DNA of 20,000 bases from Welwitschia mirabilis. Lineage: Eukaryota. Positions 11,383-20,000 of this stretch are shown piece by piece (position 1 is the first letter of the stretch; each line of letters begins with the position of its first letter). The notes below the pieces were generated by a model, which saw only the letters and a list, made by a program, of their open reading frames with translations, made no database searches and was not told the origin of the DNA. Location of the stretch: positions 18,189,127-18,209,126 of the forward strand of contig JBOZIK010000001.1 of assembly GCA_051453625.1 (NCBI GenBank), written 5' to 3'. The position numbers were made by a program, and so were the translations under genes.

Positions 11383-12010
11383 CTCACAATATGAAGATAG
11401 AATTGATAGAGCACTGCCTTAACTATTCTAAAAGCACTTACTAACCAAACAAATAACATCCACATCTTTATCAACATAGTTAGCACAAGTACTAAGCTCT
11501 TTGAGTAAAGGTTTGAAAACAACTATCTTGAAGCTTAGTAAGTATAAATTTCCTAGGTACACCCTATTTAATTCAAAACCACAACATTACCTAACCCTAT
11601 GTAGTGAATTTTAGTGTGCTTAATAAATTAAACAATCCCTATTATAGCTGATCATACTTAATCTTTACCTACAACTCCTTGCTCAGATTCTTCTAGAAAA
11701 TCAAAAGCACAATATTTCATTTACAAAATATTTAACTCCATTTTAGTATCTCAAATAGGCATACCTTTTCAATAAATAGTAATTCTATTATTGCTTGAAA
11801 TACATATGATTCAGATAATTGAGGTTGAGCATTTAATTGAAGCTGAAAGAGAATTTTAACTTTTTTTTTCAATGGTATGAACTACACTACTAGTCATGCC
11901 TGAGGTTGATGGCATAATGGCTAAAGTATCCATAGCATCACTTGTGATAGCTACCTTAGTTATTATGGAATTAGTAGATATACAATTTGATAACTTTTTC
12001 AAATGGTCCA
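11383..12010 (-). pseudogene. Decayed multi-exon gene fragment inside the CACTA (candidate exons 11955-12010, 11765-11842, 11669-11692, 11383-11563); product unidentified
   Basis: Each segment is bounded by AG and GT on the minus strand (ttccatAG/GTagct, ctttcAG/GTatgc, tttctAG/GTaaag, aatAG/GTatgt). Introns are 72-112 nt with compatible phases. Spliced reading: DHLKKLSNCISTNSIITK|LQLNAQPQLSESYVFQAIIELLFIEK|KNLSKEL*|GVPRKFILTKLQD(frameshift)VFKPLLKELSTCANYVDKDVDVICLVSKCF*NS*GSALSILSSYCE. Confidence 0.55.
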
Positions 12011-13119
12011 CTATGGAAAAGTAAGTGTTAGCCTTCTCATATAAAGTTTTTGTATGAAATTAAGTTGAATATGACTCTATAATTTTATCCTAAAAAGGTT
12101 TAATATATTATTTCAATTAGATATCTTTAAAAGAAATAGACATATATAAGTTTATCCTAAACATGTCAAATGAACTAGAATTATATCATCAATTCTCACT
12201 AGTCAACATCCTATGTTAGTTAAAGATGAATAATTAACAAACATAAAATCCATTGGTTAAATATATCATGGTTTTGGTTCTTAAAATAACATTAAACAAG
12301 AGACTGTAAAGTGTTAAAATTAAAAGGCATTCAGAAAAGCCATCTAACAGTTTAGGTTTAGAAGGAGAGACACTTCCTTAGAGCTCAAATTATGATGCAT
12401 TTTTGCCTTACAATTTATGTGTAAACATATTAGTACTTAGAATAAATTTTCTATTAGCATTAAATTTTCCATTAGCATTTATCATATGCACTAATAAATG
12501 TCAATAATAAAAACCAACTAATTTTGAAATCAAATAACAGAATCAATATTTTACAATTTTAGTCTATCAAGGAACTAAATCTGAGAATGCATACAAACAT
12601 AATTAACTATATGTAAAGAGTCATTACACATCATTCTCATGATATGGAATTGACAAGGATTCTTATAGGAACAATGATGTTACTTATGTTCATAGAAAGC
12701 AGATGGTTTTGATTTTTGAGTAGTTAAAATAATTGCAACATGATCAGAGGAAAAGGAAAGATTGTATTTTGAGGGTTCAAAATAAGAATACATACAAACA
12801 CAATTGAAAGTATAGTGACTCATCAGGACTTTCTTCCAATATATGAATCCATTTATATGACATGTTTTCTAGAATAAGTGTGGAGGAGGATGTATTTTTA
12901 ACACAACAAATAAGTTACATTTTATGTATTTGCATCGAACATGCAATAAAATTTGAGATGAGGGATACCCAAAACTTTAGATTCATTTTTGCTACCAATG
13001 GAAATACATTAAAATCACACATTTCAAGTGCTTGTAGCCTTCTATTTTTGCATGTACTAAAATATTAAATCTCACCTTTACATTTCTTGAATTTACAACT
13101 TCTTTTAATGAATATGTGG

Positions 13120-13182
13120 TTTCTATCTATTCTTCTTAGTCATTTATTATCTAACTCATTTCTATCTATTCTTCTTAGCCAT
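13120..13182. repeat. 39-bp-period direct repeat
   Basis: TTTCTATCTATTCTTCTTAG(T/C)CAT at 13120 and 13159. Confidence 0.8.
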
Positions 13183-16100
13183 AATCTTCTACTAGATAAG
13201 CATGTGGGTAGCATTAGTATAAGGCTTATAGATGATACTATATAATAGTGTTTGAAGACTTTTTTTCACATCTAATATGGCTAACAATCCTCTAATCTCT
13301 AAAGAAGTAAGAAATGTAATTGCTTGAAAGAGTTTCAAGAAATGAAGAAGGTGTGAGATTAAACTATAAGGATAGCTACCATACTTCTAGTATTAGACAA
13401 TGATGATAGTAGATTGAAATGAAATGGTTGTGTGCACCACATTTCAGTTGTGTGTATACCTTTCATAGAACCTAGTTTTATAATATTCTTTGTTATTATT
13501 CTTTGGCTAAATATTTGCCCTATAACATCAACTCCATGTTTGTGTTGAAATCCAAAGATGTTTTAATACCACATCTATAGAGTATTGGATAAGGAAATAC
13601 AAGTTCTATAGGGACTAGACAATAGGAGCAAAATGTCCAACTCCCAAACATCCATAGTAGAATGCAATAAAGGTAGTATTAAATCCTATGATAGGTAATA
13701 TTTAAGGAAAAAACAATATAAATGTTGATTATTAGGTATGTCTATACATATCTAGTCTTCTTACTAGTCAAATATATATGCCCTTGTTCTTTTTTAGTTC
13801 CATCTTCATTGAGACCATAGGTAACAAAAATAGTTAAATATAATTTTATATAAGATAGTCTTTTTACTTCTTCTAAAACTTACTATAAAGCCAAAGATAA
13901 AGCCATTAAAATACCCTAGAATCAACTTTAACATAGAGGTATCTAGTGGCAAAAGTAGCTCAACATTTCCCAAGTCTTAATATAGGCATATACCACCCTA
14001 ATTCAATCAAGATATTCTAAGCCATTAATATTTACTTTAAACAACAAGAAGTAGTAGCTATTAAAAAACAAGCTTCTAAGGAGCCTCCCCTACAGCCTAA
14101 ATTTTATCTTTACAAATTTCCTAAATCAGGAAAAAAATATGACGTTATTAAGTTCTTTTGCTTAGTTTGTTATTTCAAAATATGAAGGAAAAAAAGGAGG
14201 GGGATAAAACAGTAGAACAAGTAATTACAACAGCCTCCTTAGACAGAAGGATCTAGCATGAGCCCTCACTATGAAATTCTAGCAATATTTCATGACTTAA
14301 TTAATTTATCTATGATTGGTCAACATTATTTAAAAGTTTGACTTGTAAGATAGTTGTAGAAAATCTTCTCTGAAAGAGACAAATACCACTGTAGTGAAAC
14401 ATTATCTGAAAGTTAGTCAACTATTTTCAAATCTTAGTAGTTAAATAGAACAACATCAAGTTGAAAATAATAGAGTCTTTCAAATGTAACATCAAAAAAA
14501 TATAATCGACACAGCCAATAAAACAATCAAGCATTATTGTCATAAAAGACATTCTTGTCTAAGATGTATCCTAAAAAATAAATGTCATGCCTAATGGTCT
14601 TTTAGGACATGAAAAGATTACTTAACTCATGAATTTTATCTCACATGAAAATATTAAGAAGTATCAAAATATCTATTAAGAACTATAAAGACCTAAATCA
14701 TTTGAGCTTAATGCCTAATTTCCAATTTGAAGATCCTCAAGAAACCATCACCAAAATGCACATTGATAAAATTAGCTATTAGAAAATGGGACACATAAGA
14801 TATAATAACTTCAGTGGATAGCTTAAATCTTGTTCTAGCCAATGGTAAAGATAGATGATGTTCTAAAACCACCTATGTAGTTTAGAGCATTGTGTATCAA
14901 TTACTTCTTAATTATGTTTAGTGAGGTATCAATCATAAACTAATTACCAAATTAACAAAGATAGTACCTTCACTCCAATCACTAATTCTACCTTTCTTAT
15001 CTCTCTTCCTGCAGTTAAGGTAATGACTTCAAATATGACTAGCTTCTATAGTGCATAGGGAACTATGTACAAGGTTCAAGAATGAATTTACTATCAAATG
15101 ACTAATGACATAAAATCCTTATGACTTAGCTCTCAATGATAAAGAATTATTTTAACTTAGTTATGATAATAAGTGATGCTAACACAAAAGGTTAAAAAAA
15201 AATGCCTAATGGTACTTTCAGTCATATACTATCATTGTGTATTAATTCATGAAATGGTATCTAAAAGGAGCATGTAAAACATCTTAGAAAATGATTCAAA
15301 AAATTTTTCATTACTAATGCTCAAAACTAAATATTAATCAATCCTATTAGATGCTTAGGCAAGGTTAAGCTTTAAAAGAAAAGCTTCCTTTTGGTGTCTA
15401 TGATCCATGTTAAGATTTTTGAATTAATGAAAATATTGACAATGGTAAATCATCTACGAAAACCCTGTTGAGAATTAGATATAAAAGCATAAAGATAATA
15501 CTAGGATATTCAAAAAGAATCTAAGAAACCTATAAAGGAGAACCAAAAGTAGATGAACAAAAGATTATATGTCTTAGCAAGAAGCCTAATATGTTGTTAT
15601 CTTATTTTAAGGGTAAAGAGGCTAAACAGCAAACCCCTTTAAATATGAAATAAAAACTATAAACTAAGAGCTCAAAATTAGTATTAAAACATACATGGAG
15701 TATCATCTAAGATTAAATTATTTCATTGATTCTTTTAGAGTTAAATGAATGGGTTCATTAATGATAACAAATCCAAAATGAGGGTTGTGAAAAATGTACT
15801 ATTCATGAGTTTCCTTGTCAGTCTTATGCTTGGATAAAATAATTTGATGATCATTGTGACCAATCAATAAGTTTTCCTCTTGCTCATCCAACTTGAAGGC
15901 CTTTTGTTTCATTCCTCAGTCATTAACAAGAAGATAATTTCAAATTTTACACATGATATAAACTTTGCCCATTTACTATAATCCTTATTGTAGTCATAAA
16001 GTAAGGAATTTAGTGAACTAGAAAAATGTGCAATCATGCATGTGCTACAATAGATAAAAGTTCATAACAAGCATCCAGGAAAAGGAAATCTGCAATCAAC

Positions 16101-17235
16101 CTTTACTAGAAATCACTATTTATTACCACCAATATTCCTCTCATTCACTTAAAATACTATGTATTTCTATGAGTTCACACTTAGCATGGAGGTATCAAAA
16201 ACAACGTATTAGACATGTCATCATATATTTGAGAGGATAAAAATTAACAGAAATTAACCTCACTAACATTATATAGCTAAGCAGCATAAAATAGTAGATA
16301 AAATAGAACATGAAAAACATGAAATAAAATAAAAGAGAGAACAGAATAGAAAAACACAAAGAACATGAAACAAATCCACCTATTAAAGGAACATAAATCT
16401 AGGTGTAACATCCTCTATAAACAAAAGTAAACTAGAAACATATTTAACTCTTGATTTAAACCCCTACAAATGTATGAACTCAAACTAGGATAATTTTAAA
16501 TATAAAATGTGAAGCAGCTAGGAAAACACTATTAAAACAAATAAAAAAATCAAAAAGTCTCATCACAATTACTTGTATGAACTTTGCAAAACATTTGGTG
16601 AAGAAGATCCAATGTAGACAAAGGCTAAATTATGTGCAAAATCATGAAGCATGTCGAAAAATGTGAATAGTCCTTTCATAGATCTAACTTAGTTATCATT
16701 AGACAAATAAATCTCACTAATTCTAGTAAAAGGATAGGGTTCATAAAATGAGTAGGAATTCATAAAACCCTACTTAAGTTTCTACCTAAGAAAAGCATAT
16801 GAACGATGCCTGATCTATGTTTAGGAGGACTTATTAGTTAATCTCATAAGAGGATGCTTTTCATGATGTAGAGCCCAAAGACGTGCATCCACGAGTAAAC
16901 ACTAGAAGGTAGGATGACATCTCTTATGCTTATGTCCTATTCCTTGCATCCATCCTTTTGCTTGCCATTAGTATCTTTTAGAAGCTTTTCCCACTATGCA
17001 CTAGTTTCTTAGTGTCTATGAAGGCTCTCTCTTGTTATAAACCCATAGCCTCTCAGGTTATACTATCTATTTATTCTTTTGCTCGTTGCTTGTGGCCTTG
17101 CTCATAGTTCTGCTTAAAGTCATGTCCCTACTCTGTGCTATGTTTTCATGCAATGGCCCATGCTATGTTTTCGAAAGAAACGTGTGAGTATTTTATTTTT
17201 AGAAATGCATAGCTTTTTTTTTTTTAAATAAGCCT

Positions 17236-17430
17236 AGATTTTAAGGCATTCGTTTGGTTAAGCACCTTTAAAGATCAGAAACATTTGATAGGGGCTTTTA
17301 AGGCATTTATTTTAAAAAACACCTTAAAAAGATTATTATTTTTTTATTCGAGGTAATTATTAAAGTGTACACATTAAAATGCCCTATAATTAATTCATTG
17401 ATATAAACAAATGCCTTAAATTCCTCTATT
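17236..17430. repeat. Right CACTA subterminal repeat array
   Basis: TTTTAAGGCATT (~17239, ~17296), CACCTTAAAA and AAATGCCTTAAA (~17409), the same motif as the left array. Confidence 0.85.
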
Positions 17431-17440
17431 TCTTATAATC

Positions 17441-17788
17441 AAAGTTGTAAGTAATCATGAAGGGTTTTCTTAGGATAGTTATTAGATTTGTCCTACAATG
17501 TATTTTAGCTAGTATTTTGGGTTTCTTATTGATTAAGATAGTAAGCATGCAAATTGTCTAATAATTACTCATTTAACCATGGTATGTTATTATTATAGAA
17601 GATTTATTAAAAGTTTAATTGAGCATTTGGGTTTGGTTGTTATTCGAAAGATTGTTCTCCTCGGTATCATCATGAAATTGGTTTCTAGATGGTGATATTT
17701 ATTCTTTATTACTTTTAGTATTAGGGTTCATATTTTCATTAGAAGATATTCTAATTAGAAAATTTAGTTCATATCAGATCTAATGCAT
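17441..17788 (-). pseudogene. gag: N-terminal part of the same Athila-like gag, separated by the CACTA insertion
   Basis: ATG at 17788 reads MH*I*YELNFLIR, resembling the M-x-WIRD...LVR starts of this clade as I recall them. The segment ends ...YPKKTLHDYLQ, which joins in frame to LQWLGTT*CIVQL at 5609 after the CACTA and one TSD copy are removed (recalled consensus RTLRDYLQP...PSCIV). Confidence 0.75.
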
Positions 17789-17980
17789 ATAAGTTTTTAG
17801 AAAATTTTCAAAAGAGGCTCAATAAGGAAAAATGTTTCTAAGGTTTAATAGAGATTTTAGTTAAAATTTTAGAGGTTTTTAGCATATAAAAGCCAATAGT
17901 TCTAGTCAAGGAAGGTAGTATTCTACTTCATTTGATAGTTATAGTTCAGAGAAAAGGTCATAGATTTGCAAGATCTATGT

Positions 17981-18032
17981 AAGACATTCAATGTTAAAGG
18001 GTTATAAAGACATTCAATGTTAAAGGGTTATA
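17981..18032. repeat. Perfect 26-bp tandem duplication in the retroelement 5' leader
   Basis: AAGACATTCAATGTTAAAGGGTTATA x2. Confidence 0.95.
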
Positions 18033-18541
18033 AAAAAACTTAGCGAAAAACAAAATGATAGTAAACTTAAAATAAAACCTAAGGAATATAAATCCTAAAT
18101 AATTTTTTCATCTTATAAATTTTATTAAAAATTGTAAAAATGGAACAAAAATTAACTACTAAAATAAAATTTTCATAAAATAAAAAGAAACACATAAAAT
18201 TAAGTTCTAATTTAGTTTTTCTCTTTTTTTAATCCTTGTTTTGGTTGTAACTAGAAAAAACTTTGTTAAACATGTAAAACAAAATATCTAATATGGAAAT
18301 GTTCTTTTAAATTAGAGTTAAAAAAACAAAACTCTAAATTAAATAAATTCAAGTATCACTAAAAATGGTTTAGTATCCACCACTAGAAAGAAAATAAAAT
18401 GAAATAAACACTCAAAAGAAAAAGTACCAGTTCAGGTTCCATTGGAGAGGGATTTACAAGAATCACTAGAAAACTTGAATACTAAACTAAAAATTTTGAG
18501 AAAAAAAATTATGCTACTTCTAAGAAGATACCATGTCACTA

Positions 18542-18558
18542 TCCCTAGCAATGATTCA
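18542..18558 (-). promoter_or_regulatory. Degenerate primer-binding site (tRNA-Asp type, Athila-like)
   Basis: TCCCTAGCAATGATTCA(AAAAT) aligns to TCCCCGGCAACGGCGCC(AAAA), the reverse complement of the Athila PBS TGGCGCCGTTGCCGGGGA. Most mismatches are C>T or G>A. It lies ~750 bp upstream of the gag ATG in the expected orientation. Confidence 0.65.
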
Positions 18559-19056
18559 AAAATCTATTTGCCAAAATCTGTTCATGATAGTATAAAGGCA
18601 AACATAATTAAAAACTAGGTAAGTACTTCATATCATTCTTCTATAGGGATAATTATGGTGAATCTAATAAAAGTAACATAATACTATCAATCCTCTAATG
18701 AAATTAAAACAAATAAAAATCAAGTTTAAAATTTTATTAAATTTTAATTAGTAACATAGGGAAACGAATGAGCTCCAAAGGTCTAGCTTGACTTATCCAA
18801 TAGTTCATCTTTACTCTAATGATATCCTATAATATTCTTGAAATATAAGCTTAATTTATAAAGGTTCAAATGGCTCAAGGCATAGTGATTATCACATGAA
18901 TGTTGATGAATTAAATAATCACTTTTGTCCTTCATATCCATTTATAAACATAAAAAGTAAGGACAATTGTACTTAAGATCTATAATATGACAGTGACTAT
19001 AATCAATATGATAACTTAGAGAATTTACTTGATATTGGTATAAATTAATAATATAG

Positions 19057-19225
19057 TCTCACCTAAGGATTAAAAGTATTAGTACATCTACTATAAATTA
19101 AAGAATCAACAACTACTTTTTATATCAAAATAAGAAATAATCTCACTTAAGGATTAAAAGTACAAGGTTATGTGTACTAAAAATTGAAGAATTAATAACT
19201 TATTATTGTATTAAAATAATAAAAT
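19057..19225. repeat. Diverged 84-bp tandem repeat (2 units) in the putative LTR
   Basis: TCTCAC(C/T)TAAGGATTAAAAGTA at 19057 and 19141, with continuing similarity (AAATTRAAGAATYAAYAACT). Confidence 0.75.
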
Positions 19226-19389
19226 ACATTACATCAAAGGAGGAATATGAAGCTGATACATGCTCCTTAAACTAGCCTTGAAACAAGTCTATCACTAAAG
19301 GAGGTGCTTAGAAAGCCATATTGACCTGATACTCTTAAGTATTTTACTATATTTTTCAATCAAACATTTTTACAATGAGGGCTCAAGGC

Positions 19390-19399
19390 CCTTTTATAG
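19390..19399 (-). promoter_or_regulatory. LTR-type TATA box
   Basis: Reverse complement reads CTATAAAAGG followed by GCCTTGAGCCCTCATTGTAAA, a context typical of plant LTR promoters. Confidence 0.5.
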
Positions 19400-20000
19400 A
19401 TGAGGGAAGGATTAAAATCCTTTATCTTATAATGGTTTTTGATGATTACAAAAGGGGGATTACACTTGGTTAGTTATATTTTGGAAGGTTATAACATTTG
19501 TCATGTAGTTATAAAGAGGAGTTTTAGTTTTCTTTTGAAAGTTATGATGACATGGCCTTTGGATGATGATTATTCTTCCATTAAATGCTATGTTATTACC
19601 ACATTTCATTGGCATGTATTACTTTATGCCTCTGCCATGTATCATTAAAGTTAAAGATTATTTTTTATTTGATGTCTCACTAAGCCCATAAGTGAAATGT
19701 GATGCATTTTTCATGNNNNNNNNNNTGTTTAGGATGTAGCTTTTGACCTATTCTACTTTAAAAAACCAGTGGCATCAATGACCTGGATGGTGATGCTAGC
19801 ATTTTCTGTTAGTTGTTCTTCAATTTTTAGCATGCCTTTGGAAAGTAGAAATTAACTTAAATTTGTTATGGAAAATTTCATCAGTTTATAAAGCATGCTA
19901 AACAGACATTTTTTTTGATAAAATGAATATTATAATATCTTCTCATATGCTAAATTAATAAAATATACTTAGTCCAAAATGTCAATTTTTACATTTAAAT

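Larger units (their letters stand above)
5610..17440. mobile_element. CACTA (En/Spm) DNA transposon, apparently non-autonomous
   Basis: Left end CACTACTAGAAATATAGGGTTTTAAGGCATTT (5610). Right end AAATGCCTTAAATTCCTCTATTTCTTATAATC (ends 17440) matches its reverse complement at 25 of 32 bases. 3-bp flanks GAA/AAA (degenerate TSD). Direct and inverted TTTTAAGGCATTT subterminal repeats at both ends. Excision restores the host gag frame. Confidence 0.88.
18565..20000 (-). mobile_element. Putative 5' LTR of the Athila-like element (distal boundary not determined)
   Basis: Begins immediately beyond the PBS (TATTTG, possibly decayed TGTTTG). Non-coding. Contains a minus-strand CTATAAAAGG TATA box (19390-19399). 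No second copy in the window to confirm its limits. Confidence 0.5.

Noticed and set aside
11885..11894. Internal CACTACTAG as another CACTA end
   Set aside because: Not followed by AAA or subterminal repeats, and no partner end was found.
9252..13068. Short ORFs 9252-9512, 10400-10594, 10729-11061, 11292-11522 and 12862-13068 as standalone genes
   Set aside because: Low-complexity translations typical of AT-rich DNA with no recognisable domains. ORF 11292-11522 reads through a likely splice donor in a different frame from the proposed exon.
14756..14773. MHIDKI resembling the CACTA transposase MHIEKN motif
   Set aside because: Flanking residues do not match HNLDV...NVCDN, so it is a chance match.
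19439..19648. 69-aa ORF, and the 65-aa ORF at 1382-1579
   Set aside because: Both lie in LTR-like non-coding sequence and have no recognisable motif.

Overview
AT-rich, strongly CpG-depleted eukaryotic DNA, most likely plant, with four assembly gaps and no intact protein-coding gene. Almost the whole window is a nest of decayed transposons. (1) An Athila-like Ty3/gypsy retroelement lies on the minus strand: putative 5' LTR from ~18565 onward, degenerate tRNA-Asp PBS at ~18542-18558, and a gag-aspartic protease pseudogene from 17788 down to ~2940, with no RT/RNaseH/integrase seen. (2) An ~11.8 kb CACTA (En/Spm) DNA transposon (5610-17440) is inserted in that gag; removing it restores the gag reading frame. 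I found no transposase in it, but it carries a chain of minus-strand exon-like segments with splice signals (Pack-CACTA-like cargo, unidentified). (3) Two solo-LTR-like copies of a different family lie at 584-2815 (perfect ATATT target-site duplication) and 5834-7936 (inside the CACTA subterminal repeats). The supplied ORFs are gap artefacts or fragments of these elements. The unidentified spliced cargo is the best candidate for novelty. I cannot support a new functional system from this sequence alone.
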